From contig JBGARZ010000001.1 of NCBI GenBank assembly GCA_044229975.1, positions 224,001-288,000 of the forward strand: 64,000 nt of DNA, in the 5' to 3' direction. Each line of letters opens with the position of its first letter. Within the stretch, counting starts at the first letter, position 1. The notes under the pieces were generated by a model, which worked only from the letters and a program-made list of their open reading frames with translations, ran no database searches and was not told the origin of the DNA. The position numbers and the translations under genes were made by a program. The DNA is from Polyangiales bacterium. Lineage in GTDB: Bacteria > Myxococcota_A > Polyangia > Polyangiales > Ga0077539. This document shows positions 1 through 8,961 of the stretch, piece after piece.

Positions 1-2
1 CG

Positions 3-164
3 CGCGCCGAGTTCGTGGTGAGCAACCACCAGCCGATGTGCCGGGTACTACGGGCGACGGGCCACCGCTATGTCTTCATCGTCGAGGCTCCGTTGGAGCC
101 GGCGTTTGTCGGTTGGCGGGCGTGCACCGAGGCCGAGTCGGCGCCGTCGCCTTCGTGCCCGTAG
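3..164 (+). CDS. 3' end of a CDS running in from outside the window (hypothetical)
   Basis: Open frame RAEFVVSNHQPMCRV...SPSCP ends in TAG at 162-164 and converges on the next gene; GC3-biased codons. Confidence 0.4.
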   Translation, partial: RAEFVVSNHQPMCRVLRATGHRYVFIVEAPLEPAFVGWRACTEAESAPSPSCP

Positions 165-177
165 GGGACGCTTCCGC

Positions 178-819
178 TCAGTAGTCGTTGTCCTCGTCGC
201 GGCTCGTGCTGCGCCAGATCTCGGCGTACTTCTCGCGCACCATCGGCGCGAGCTCCCCGACCAGATCGAGCGGCAACCCGCCGTGTCGAATGAGTTCCTG
301 AACGTCCGCCAGATCCTTCAGTCGATCAGGGTTGGTCAGGCCCGAAGCGAGCTTGAGCTCCACCAGATAGCGCACCGGCAGCACCATCACGGCATCGCCC
401 TGCACCGCCACCGTCGGCGCAGGAAAGCTGACCTCCTTGGGCTTCCCGTCGCCTGGGAAGTCACCTGTCAGGAGCACGTCGATCTTTACCCCGAGCTCTG
501 TGTCTCGCATGCCCTTCGAGCCGGGGAAGCGCTCCAGATAGCCGCGACCGAGATGCCTTGCCTTGAAGGCGGCGAGCCCCGCGACGTCGAGGAGTACGTC
601 CACGTCCGTCGTGACGCGCCGGTAGCCCCAGATGTTGAGGGCCATCGCCCCCGCGATCGCGTAGGGAATCCCGTCCTCTTCGAGGGTCCGGCAGAGCTTC
701 CGCATCGCCTTGTGGACTTCATCGGTGCCCAAGAAGAACCTCTCGGCGAACTGCACCCCTTCCCAGAAGCGCTGCGACTGCTGCGGCGTGAGGGCGGTGG
801 GTGGGTGAACGGTGCTCAC
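178..819 (-). CDS. Nucleotidyltransferase-fold protein (AbiEii/MenT/DUF6036-like)
   Basis: YAIAGAMAL...RRVTTDVDVLL (GxxA...RxTxDxD), KIDVL, LVELKL...RLKDLAD motifs; GTG start overlaps the upstream stop (GTGA). Confidence 0.7.
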   Translation of the reverse strand: MSTVHPPTALTPQQSQRFWEGVQFAERFFLGTDEVHKAMRKLCRTLEEDGIPYAIAGAMALNIWGYRRVTTDVDVLLDVAGLAAFKARHLGRGYLERFPGSKGMRDTELGVKIDVLLTGDFPGDGKPKEVSFPAPTVAVQGDAVMVLPVRYLVELKLASGLTNPDRLKDLADVQELIRHGGLPLDLVGELAPMVREKYAEIWRSTSRDEDNDY

Positions 820-1553
820 GGTCGTTCGGAGCGTAGGCCCAACGGTCCGCCTGGGTCGAGTAGCTGCTCCGGCGGGGTGATCGGGGCAGCGCGTGGGGGC
901 ACTCGGCGATAGCGCCCGGTATCGCCGTCGAGGCAGAGCCGGTCGACCTCGCGCGCGCCCTGCAGTCCGCTCAGACAACGCGGCTCGTCGGCTGCCGGCT
1001 GGAGTCGAAACCGTGGGGGCGGATGTCCCCGCTGAAGTCGCTCGTCGTAGACGAAACGGCCCAGTTCGCGGAACTCGCGCGGGGCAGGATCGTAAGCCCA
1101 GATGGAAAAGAACCAGCCGCCGTAGTCGCCGCCGTACAGGTTGGCCTCAGCGAAGAGGATGAACGCCCGACCGCCGTGGGTGAGCACCTGGAGCCCTTCG
1201 ACACCCCAGCCGTTCATGTCCTCTCGGCCGACCACCAGGCCGCGGCGAGGGCATGGACCCGCCGGGTTCGTAGGGCCCACGGAGACCTCGGCCAGCACTC
1301 CACTGGTCGAGTCGCGCCGCGCGACCAAGACGACGTCGTCGTGGCCGTCACCGTTCAGATCGGTCGTCGCGACCCGTCGCCGGACAGCGACGTCGGGCCG
1401 GAGCTGTAGCGAACGCGCAGGCCCAGGACCGCTCCACCAATAGGCCGGGTCGGACGCCTGGAGGTCCTCTTCGCGGGGGACGGGCGGCGTCTGTGCCAAC
1501 ACCGTCGACGAGAGCCACAGGCCGAGCACACCGCACCAACCGCCGACTCTCAT
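816..1553 (-). CDS. Secreted hypothetical protein with one FG-GAP-like Ca-binding loop
   Basis: Signal peptide-like N-terminus (MRVGGWCGVLGLWLSSTVLA), DLNGDGHDD motif; ATGA overlap with the upstream gene. Confidence 0.6.
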   Translation of the reverse strand: MRVGGWCGVLGLWLSSTVLAQTPPVPREEDLQASDPAYWWSGPGPARSLQLRPDVAVRRRVATTDLNGDGHDDVVLVARRDSTSGVLAEVSVGPTNPAGPCPRRGLVVGREDMNGWGVEGLQVLTHGGRAFILFAEANLYGGDYGGWFFSIWAYDPAPREFRELGRFVYDERLQRGHPPPRFRLQPAADEPRCLSGLQGAREVDRLCLDGDTGRYRRVPPRAAPITPPEQLLDPGGPLGLRSERP

Positions 1554-1885
1554 CGTTCCAGATCGTAGCGTGGTGGGTCCCAATCTTCGTGGAAGAACAC
1601 ATAAGCCCGAGGCCACGAGCGCGGTCCACCAACGGCCGACCAACGCTCCGCCAGCCACGGCAAGATCTCAGCTTCCAGCGGAGCGAAGACGTCCACGTCG
1701 GCCGCCACCGCGGCGTCGAGCAGCTCCGGGGTGAGCGCGTCGTAGACGGCCATGCCCGCCACGATCTCCTCCTCGGTCTCCACCAGCGTGACCCGGTAGT
1801 CGTCGGCGCTGATCTCGAAGCGCAGCGCTCTGTCGACCTCGCGCCCGGAATGGCGAGGAGAAACCGCAAGGGCGCGAGGGCGCAA
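1550..1885 (-). CDS. Small acidic hypothetical protein (possible orphan immunity protein); start uncertain
   Basis: Acidic, aromatic-rich ORF (WLAERW...AYVFFHEDWD), translationally coupled to the downstream gene. Confidence 0.55.
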   Translation of the reverse strand: MRPRALAVSPRHSGREVDRALRFEISADDYRVTLVETEEEIVAGMAVYDALTPELLDAAVAADVDVFAPLEAEILPWLAERWSAVGGPRSWPRAYVFFHEDWDPPRYDLER

Positions 1886-2067
1886 GAGTCACGGGGCGGA
1901 CGGTCTTCACTGCGAGCGATGCTTCGGCTTCGCGAGAGGATCGGGCCCACGAGAAGAAGCATGGTGAGCTGGTGGTTGGGGCGCCTCTCCTTCGCATCCA
2001 TTGCGACCATTGCGGTTTGAGGCTCCATCGTCGCCGCGTTGTGAGCGGTGATGGCATCATCGCGGCC

Positions 2068-4326
2068 ATGACGACCGGTGAGGGGCGTGAGGGTGGTGCC
2101 GCTGGGGCGTCGCGAGGGTTGCCCGCGGTCGCGTACACGTTCGAGAGCGCAAGCGCCGAACACCCCTGGCGGGTGCGGCGCGCGACCATCCACGAGGGCC
2201 TCTCGACGGTGACCGAGTCGTCGCTGGAGCTCACCTGCGAGCACGCCGACGCCGACCCGGCGCTGCTGCTCGGGCGCGATGCGACGCTCGCGTTCTCCCG
2301 GCGGAGCGACACGCGGCGGGTGCAGGGCATCGTGTCGCGCGTCGCGTCGCTCGGCGTGCGCGACGGAAAGGTGCACGCGCGGGTGACGCTCGTCCCGGCG
2401 ATGTGGTCGCTCTCGCAGCGACGCGACTCGCGGGTGTTCGAAGGCATGACAGTGGAGCAGGTGATACGCGCCGTCGTCGAGGAGGCGCTGCGGCCGTATC
2501 GGCGGGTCGTTCGCTTCGCCATCCAACGCACGATGCCAGTGCGCGAGCACTGCGTGCAGTACCGCGAGACCGACCTGGAGTTCGTCGAGCGCGTCGCGGC
2601 CGAGGAGGGCATCGGGTACGTCGTGGTCGAGGGAGAGGCACACGAAGAGGTGCTCTTCTTCGACGGCGCCCACGCGCACGCGGTCTACGCTGGGGCGGAC
2701 GGCGATCGCGTGGCGGTGACCGGCGAGGGCCACGGCACCCATCCCCACGAGTCGCTGCGCCGCTTCGAGGCCACCGCCGCCCTCACCTCCACCAGCGCCG
2801 CGGTCATGGACTACGACTGGACCAACCCCAGCCTCCGCGTCGCCCACGAGAGCCGCAGCGTCGATGCGGCGGGCGTCGATCGCGAGGTGTACCGCCACCC
2901 CGCGGACGTGATCTTCGACCGCTACGACGCGCATGCGTACGGCCGCAACGACGTGGCCCACCGCGCGACCCTGGAGGCGCAGCGATCGCGACAGGTCGGG
3001 CTCACGTTCACGGGCGAAGGGTCGGTCACCGGCCTGCGACCGGGGACGCTCTTTCGCCTGGAGGGTCATCGCATCGAGGGCGTCGATCGTGAGTACCTCG
3101 TGACCGCCGTGCGCCATCACTGCGTGGCCGCCGAGGAGACGCGAGACGACCACGACGGCGCGCGACACGAGGCGCCATACCGCAACGAGGTGACCTGCGT
3201 CGCGTCGACGGTGAGCGTGCGGCCCGAGCGGATCCACCGGCGGGCGCGCATCCATGGTCCGCAGACGGCGCGCGTCGTGAGCGCGGGCGGCGACGAGGTG
3301 GAGACGGAGCACTATGGGCGGGTGCGCGTTCGCTTCCACTGGGAGCGTGATGGGCGCTCGCCCGACGACACCCAGCGGGCGTGGGTGCGCGTCGCGCAGG
3401 CGTGGGCGGGCAACGGGTTTGGCGTGGTGTTTGTTCCGCGCAGGGACATGGAGGTGGTGGTGCAGTTCATCGACGGCGACCCCGACCGGCCGCTCGTCAC
3501 GGGCGCCGTCTACAACGGCACGCACCCGCCGCCGTACGACCTGGAGCGACCGGCGTCGGTGACGCGCTCGGTGATCCGTACCCAGAGCACGCCGGGCGGA
3601 GACCCCGCGCACTACAACGAGCTCAGCTTCCAGGATCAGGCCGGGCGCGAGGAGGTCTTCGTGCGGGCCCAGCGCGACCTGCGCGAAGAGGTGCTGCACG
3701 ACCACGCGACGCACGTGCACGCCGCGCAGTCCAACACCGTCGACGCGTCGCAGACCGAGCGCATCGGGGTCGACCAGAGCCTGCGCGTGCAGCGCGACCG
3801 CCACGGGGTCGTCGACCGCGACGACGCGCTGCTCGTGCGCCGCAACCGGGGCGTGAGGGTTCTCGGCGACGACACGCACGGGGTCGCGGGCGAGCACCGG
3901 GTGCGCATCGACGGGCGCGAGGAGCGGGTGGTCGGAGGCACCGGGCGGGACACCACCATCGAGCGCCGGGACGAGCTCACGGTCAACGGCTCGGTGCACA
4001 CGCACGTGCGCGACGGCTTCGACGTGCTCGCGGATGCGTCCATCGGGTTGATGGCGCCCAACATCACCATCGAGGCTGCCCACAACGCGCGGGTGCAGTG
4101 CGGTGAGAGCACGGTCGTCACGCTCGAACGCGACGGCGCGTTGGAAGCACGGGCGCCGAAGGCCATCCGGGTGATGGTGGGCGCCTGCACCGTCACGCTG
4201 ACGGCGGGCGGCGTGGAGCTCGACTCGGGCGGCGGCGCGAAGGTCTCGCTGGCCGGGCCCGACATCAACATCAACGCCACCGGCGAGGTGCGCATCAACG
4301 GCGCGATGGTGCGGCTCAACAGCTGA
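2068..4326 (+). CDS. vgrG: Type VI secretion spike protein VgrG/TssI
   Basis: HEGLS, CVQYRETDLEFVERVAAEEGI, GPQTARVV, GRVRVRFHW, WVRVAQAWAG, FVPRRDMEVVVQFIDGDPDRP, NELSFQD, gp5-like C-terminal repeats; no C-terminal toxin domain. Confidence 0.95.
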   Translation: MTTGEGREGGAAGASRGLPAVAYTFESASAEHPWRVRRATIHEGLSTVTESSLELTCEHADADPALLLGRDATLAFSRRSDTRRVQGIVSRVASLGVRDGKVHARVTLVPAMWSLSQRRDSRVFEGMTVEQVIRAVVEEALRPYRRVVRFAIQRTMPVREHCVQYRETDLEFVERVAAEEGIGYVVVEGEAHEEVLFFDGAHAHAVYAGADGDRVAVTGEGHGTHPHESLRRFEATAALTSTSAAVMDYDWTNPSLRVAHESRSVDAAGVDREVYRHPADVIFDRYDAHAYGRNDVAHRATLEAQRSRQVGLTFTGEGSVTGLRPGTLFRLEGHRIEGVDREYLVTAVRHHCVAAEETRDDHDGARHEAPYRNEVTCVASTVSVRPERIHRRARIHGPQTARVVSAGGDEVETEHYGRVRVRFHWERDGRSPDDTQRAWVRVAQAWAGNGFGVVFVPRRDMEVVVQFIDGDPDRPLVTGAVYNGTHPPPYDLERPASVTRSVIRTQSTPGGDPAHYNELSFQDQAGREEVFVRAQRDLREEVLHDHATHVHAAQSNTVDASQTERIGVDQSLRVQRDRHGVVDRDDALLVRRNRGVRVLGDDTHGVAGEHRVRIDGREERVVGGTGRDTTIERRDELTVNGSVHTHVRDGFDVLADASIGLMAPNITIEAAHNARVQCGESTVVTLERDGALEARAPKAIRVMVGACTVTLTAGGVELDSGGGAKVSLAGPDININATGEVRINGAMVRLNS

Positions 4327-4329
4327 GGG

Positions 4330-4941
4330 TCACCGCGCGGTGCGGTCGATCCAGGCGAAGAAGTCGGCGCCGACGGCGCGGTAGAACGGCATCAGCGGGG
4401 GCTCAAGCACCAGCGGCGCGAGGTCTCGCACGCTGCGCGCGGCGGCGACCAATTCGGGGGTCGGCGTGGCCTGGTCGGCGTAGGGCCAGCGAACGCGTTC
4501 GAGGGCGGCGTAGTACTCGGTGCGCTTGTCCTCGAACTGCGCGAGCGACATGCCCGGCGGGAGGCTGAAGTCGCCCCCGCGGAACCCTGGCGGGACGGGG
4601 CCGTGGTACTCGCGGGTCGAGAGCAGCGCGCCCGTCTGGGCGTCGAACTCGACGAAGTGCTCGGTCGCCCAGTACGTGATGGACCCCGGCCGCACCGCCT
4701 GCGGGCCGTACATGAACATCACCGTTGGCCTGTTGCCCGAGCGCCCCGGGATGGGCTGCGACTGGAACGTCTGCGTCGGGTAGACCTGCGCCGTGGTGTG
4801 GCGGGCCCGATCGATGAGGTCTTCGAAGGTCATCAGCTCTTCTCGGCGGCAGGACAGGTAGCGGCCCGGTGGCTGGCACTGTGCCACCGGCGCGCCAAAC
4901 ACCCAGAGCACGAGAACCCAGCGGGTGCCTGCCAGGGTCAT
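4330..4941 (-). CDS. Hypothetical exported protein; candidate immunity protein for the PAAR-peptidase
   Basis: ATGA-coupled directly downstream of the PAAR fusion; hydrophobic N-terminus ending VAQC (possible lipobox). Confidence 0.6.
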   Translation of the reverse strand: MTLAGTRWVLVLWVFGAPVAQCQPPGRYLSCRREELMTFEDLIDRARHTTAQVYPTQTFQSQPIPGRSGNRPTVMFMYGPQAVRPGSITYWATEHFVEFDAQTGALLSTREYHGPVPPGFRGGDFSLPPGMSLAQFEDKRTEYYAALERVRWPYADQATPTPELVAAARSVRDLAPLVLEPPLMPFYRAVGADFFAWIDRTAR

Positions 4942-5894
4942 CGCTCCCACACCCGGCCCTCGGTGACCACGAGGTCGCCGCCGTTTCTCGTCATGGCCTT
5001 CTCCATGGCGAAGGCCGTGTACGTCCTGCCGCAGTTGGGAGGTCGGCAGCCCGTGTCGTTGACGACGAAGGCGACGACCCGTCCGTCGGCGTCGTACCGG
5101 GCCCCGGTCACGAGCACGACGTGCCCCGCGCCGGGCGGGGTGCCGTCGTCCCACAGCACCGCTGCGTCGACGGCCGCGAGCACGCCGCGACCCTCCGCGA
5201 CGGCCTGGGCGAGGTTGGCCACGGTCGGGGCCTGGGTTCCCGCGGCGACGCCGTTGTGTTGGAGGAGGGCCCGCGTGCTCCACGGCCACGAGCCGCCGTG
5301 TCGCCCTACCTCGTGGCTCTTCACCGCGAGCGGGAGGGCAACGGTGCCGCCCGGCGGAACCGCCGTCGTGTTGAGCGCCTGGGCGAGCAGCTGCTCCTGG
5401 GTCAACCGCGTGGGCGTGACCGTGTTGATGATCTGGCGCGCCGCTTCGAGCCCGCAGTTGCCGTAGCTCTGCTGGGTGGTCCCCGACGGCATCGGGACGC
5501 CGTGGTCGTTCACCGTACCCGGCGGCGGGTGCCTCGTCTTCGCGGCCTCGGCGCACGCGGCCGACCCTTCCCGGGTGCCGCCGAGCGTCACGCCGACGGT
5601 CGGGCCTCCGATGTCCACGGTGTCGCAACCCGTGATCACGGTGCCGGCCGGCTGGTGCATCGTTCGGTCGCCGCTGCGCGCCGCGGGCAGGCCATCGATC
5701 ATCACGGTCCCGGAGCCCGTGACGATGAAGTCCGGCGGCCCCGAACACACGCACGCATCGGTCGCCCGCGCTTGCGGGAGGAAGCCCGTCACGACGGTGG
5801 GTGACGCAGCCGGAAGCACCGGCCCGCCCACGTGCGGCCCCGGCGAAGAGGCCTGACACTTGTGAAGGTCGGTCAGTCTCGCGGCTCGTGCCAT
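4938..5894 (-). CDS. PAAR-domain protein fused to a papain-fold (C39-like) cysteine peptidase; putative T6SS specialised effector
   Basis: N-terminal PAAR (AARLTDLHKC, PQARATD, GLPAARSGD..H); C-terminal QQSYGNCG...GHVVLVTG...VVNDTG with Q/C/H/D catalytic pattern. Confidence 0.85.
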   Translation of the reverse strand: MARAARLTDLHKCQASSPGPHVGGPVLPAASPTVVTGFLPQARATDACVCSGPPDFIVTGSGTVMIDGLPAARSGDRTMHQPAGTVITGCDTVDIGGPTVGVTLGGTREGSAACAEAAKTRHPPPGTVNDHGVPMPSGTTQQSYGNCGLEAARQIINTVTPTRLTQEQLLAQALNTTAVPPGGTVALPLAVKSHEVGRHGGSWPWSTRALLQHNGVAAGTQAPTVANLAQAVAEGRGVLAAVDAAVLWDDGTPPGAGHVVLVTGARYDADGRVVAFVVNDTGCRPPNCGRTYTAFAMEKAMTRNGGDLVVTEGRVWER

Positions 5895-5910
5895 CGTGCC
5901 TCCCGTCGCG

Positions 5911-7170
5911 TCAAGCGCCCCGCTCCCAGCGTACACCGGCGTCGCGCCGCAGGGACTCCGCGAAGGCGCTGCCGAAGACCGTCGCGTGGAGCTCGCGCGC
6001 GTTGGCCACGTACCAGCCGAAGAGCGTTCGCCAGTGCTGCCACAAGCTCGCCTGCGCCTGCGCGTCGAGGGGCTGCCCGGAGCGGAGCGCGGCCATCTCC
6101 TGCTCCAGCGCGTAGGGGCTCAAGCGATCGAGGAGCGCGCGCACGCCCTCGAAGACGGCTCCGGCCATCAGCCCGGGGCGTTCGGCGAGCTCGGCGGCGA
6201 GCTGCCGCAGCCCCTGCACCTTGGTCGCGATGGGCGTGTCCGCCGCGAAGATCCAGCGCAGCAGAGCCGCTCCCTCGTCACCGCGCTGCCCATCGAGCGC
6301 GCTGCCCGGCGTCGCCGCTTCCACCAACGCGTCGGGTTCGAGCGCGGCGCGAAGCACGATGAGCGCGTCGGCCATGCCGTCGAGCGCGGCCGCGAGGCGC
6401 AGCACGACGTCGTCCACGTCGGCCGGCGTCGCGAGGGCCGCCGCTCCGTAGCGGTGCCCCACCTGCCGCAGTCGCAGCAGTGCGTGCTCGGCCAGCGCCT
6501 CCTCGGTCGCGATCCCGTGCTCGTGGGCCAACGCTCGGACGGGAGCGATCTCGGCGATCTCGGGGTGGTCGGTGAGGAGTCGTCTCAGCGTCTCGGCGCG
6601 CTCCGGGGGGCGAGCGACGGCGACCCGATCACCGACCAACGTGGCGATGTCGTCCGTGGCGGCGCGGCGTCGATCGAGCGCGGACGTCAGCGCGTCGGGC
6701 TTGGCGGTCGTGGGTGCGGGCGCAGCGTGGCCTTCGGCGTGGGCGCGCATCGCGGCGGGGTTGTAGGCAACGGTCGCGGGCACTTCGGCGACACCGCGGG
6801 AAGGGGCCCACGCGAAGCGATCGGAGAGCCACTCGGGCGCGACGTCGGGGCTCTGGTAGTCCATGGCGTCGAGCGTGCAGCGGAGGTTGATGGGGCCGAG
6901 GCTGACCTCCGCGCGCGCATCGAGGGTGACGCGCTGGCCCGCTGCCACGGCGCGGCCGTGGACCATCACCGCGTTGGTCGCGCGCCCCGGAACGAGCACC
7001 ACGCCGTCGCCCTCCACCACGAGCTGACAATGGAACTGGGAGATGGCCGGGTGTGGCAGCGTGAGGTCGTTGACCCGGTTGCGCCCGACGCGGACGAGGC
7101 CCGCGGGGAAGGCGCGCGTGTCGCGGGTGTTGCCTTCGAGGTTGTGGACTTCGACGAGCAGGGTGGGCAC
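5911..7170 (-). CDS. T6SS-associated FHA domain protein (TagH/Fha-like)
   Basis: FHA motifs VGR..NDL.L.HPAISQFH..TN; C-terminal ALL..LSP..LE...LW...FG..F helical region like TagH; neighbours PAAR and vgrG. Confidence 0.75.
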   Translation of the reverse strand: MPTLLVEVHNLEGNTRDTRAFPAGLVRVGRNRVNDLTLPHPAISQFHCQLVVEGDGVVLVPGRATNAVMVHGRAVAAGQRVTLDARAEVSLGPINLRCTLDAMDYQSPDVAPEWLSDRFAWAPSRGVAEVPATVAYNPAAMRAHAEGHAAPAPTTAKPDALTSALDRRRAATDDIATLVGDRVAVARPPERAETLRRLLTDHPEIAEIAPVRALAHEHGIATEEALAEHALLRLRQVGHRYGAAALATPADVDDVVLRLAAALDGMADALIVLRAALEPDALVEAATPGSALDGQRGDEGAALLRWIFAADTPIATKVQGLRQLAAELAERPGLMAGAVFEGVRALLDRLSPYALEQEMAALRSGQPLDAQAQASLWQHWRTLFGWYVANARELHATVFGSAFAESLRRDAGVRWERGA

Positions 7171-7247
7171 GCAATCTCGGAGCTTCCGTGACTGCGCGGG
7201 TGCGGGTCAACCCGTCGGGGTTTAGGACGGCCGGGCGACGGGACGCT

Positions 7248-7853
7248 CTACCGCGGCACGCGACGCGTGATCTTGTGCACGGCGAGGTCGTCGTCCGGCA
7301 CGAGCACGCGGAGCACGTCGTAGGAGAGTCCGACGAAGGGCATGCTCCTGCGATAGAGCTCACGCTCGATGCCCTCCCAGACGCGCCGCACCTCGTCATC
7401 GGAGGTCAGGGGATGGAGTTCCTCGAATCGATGCGCGCGGGGCTTTACCTCTTCGATGACGTGTTGCTCGTAGGCCTCGATGAGGCCGTCGCGATCGAGG
7501 CCGCAGAGCCAGATCGTCATGTCACCCCGCACACTCCCGTTGCGCGCGACGGGGCGCCACTGCGTCACACCACCAGGTAGTTCGATGCGTCGATATTCGA
7601 TGTGCTCGACGCCAGAGTCCTCCGGGGGATCCAGCAAGACGGGCTGCTCGAACCCGCGGTCTGCGCCATACGGATGTCGCTTGCAGAGCAGCGTCCCCGC
7701 GACCGTGTAGTCGTGGCGCTCGATCTCCTTGACGGTTGGGTTTCGCTGCTGACCAGACACGATGGCGCGGAGATCGGTGAGCGCGCGCGTCTCGATCGCA
7801 GCGAGCTTCTCCGCGCCATCAGCGTCGGGCTTGCCTCTCTCGACGAGGATCAC
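7248..7853 (-). pseudogene. HNH-endonuclease-like partner (PtuB/TIGR02646-like) apparently missing its HNH core
   Basis: MILVERG N-terminus and EQPVLLDP..D..EHIEY...RG..TI..CGLDR C-terminal motifs recalled from ATPase-associated HNH proteins, but no CxxC/CxxCN Zn-HNH core; sits 3 nt downstream of the ATPase. Confidence 0.5.
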
Positions 7854-7856
7854 ACG

Positions 7857-8914
7857 TCACCCCGGATCCGCCCCCAACGAGCGTCGCGGCTCGTAGGATC
7901 CGGGGTCGATGCCTTCAGCCCGCAGGGCGGCGAGGAGCGCGTGGAGTTCGGTCTCTTCACCGTCGGTGCGCTCGTCGATCCCCGCGAGCAGTCCGTAGCG
8001 ACGCAGGCGGTTGCCAACCGACGACGGGAAGAGATCCTGCACGCCGAAGAACTCGCGGTAGAGCTGCGCGGCTGTGAGCATGCGCGGGTCCTCCTGAGGG
8101 AACTCCGCGCGCACGCTGCCCCGAGCGTCGGCACGCAACAACAGGACCTCGTGCGGCGCGAGGCCCGGAAGGATCATCGGCGAGTGGGTCGTCGCGATGA
8201 ACTGCAAACGCGGGAAGGTCCGACGAAGCGCGGGGACGAGGGACGCCTGCCATCGCGGGTGCAGGTGCAGGTCGATCTCATCGATCAAGACGAGACCCTC
8301 CATCTCCGCGGGTGGGACGACGGCGCCGGCATCGAGCGCGATCTGACCGATGAGGTCGGCGATCCACGCGATGGTCGACTGGTAGCCCGCGGAGAGCCAC
8401 ACGGCAGGGATCTTCACCTCGTCCGCGTCGCCGAATCGCAAGAGGAAGCGCTCCGCTTCCACGAGATCACCCGAACCGCGTGCCCCGCCCGAACCGCATA
8501 GCTCGACGTCCTCGACGCGCACTGCACCGTGACGGGGCAAGATGCCGGGAAGGTCGTCCGTGCCCACGAGCACGTCACGCAGGCTGGGAGACTGGGATAG
8601 TGACGGGATGCGTGAGCGCGTGCGGAGAGTCCGTACTCCGCAACGATCGTGCAGCCATCGTGGTGAGAGGCGATCTGCTCCGCGGTCGGAGTCCACCGCT
8701 TGTCAAAGAACGATGAAGAATTGGGAGCCAGCTTGTTGGCGCCAACCAGCCCGCTCGATGCCAACGCGATGGTCTGCAACAGCGTTGTCTTGGCGAGGCC
8801 GTTGTCCGCCAAGATCACGGTGAACATCCTCGGGGCACCCGACGCGTCCACGAAGGAGATGTCGTCGGCCTCGACGAGTCGCACGTGCTCCAAGCGCAGG
8901 CGTTCCAGGTACAT
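7857..8914 (-). pseudogene. Frameshifted ABC/AAA_21-type ATPase (PtuA/Septu-like defence ATPase)
   Basis: Walker A-like ADNGLAKTT in one frame (8414-8914); signature LSAGYQS, Walker B VLIDEIDLHLHPRWQ and H-loop ATTHSP in another frame (7857-8696); frame switch near 8585-8597. Confidence 0.8.
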
Positions 8915-8961
8915 CGCCGGGCGACGCTACGTCATGCCCCGCGACGACGCGAGATCATCGC

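Noticed and set aside
3700..4326. Evolved VgrG with a C-terminal toxin
   Set aside because: The C-terminus is only gp5/DUF2345-like beta repeats ending VRLNS
7171..8960. Retron system (ATPase + HNH with RT and msr-msd)
   Set aside because: No reverse transcriptase and no room for a retron ncRNA in the flanks
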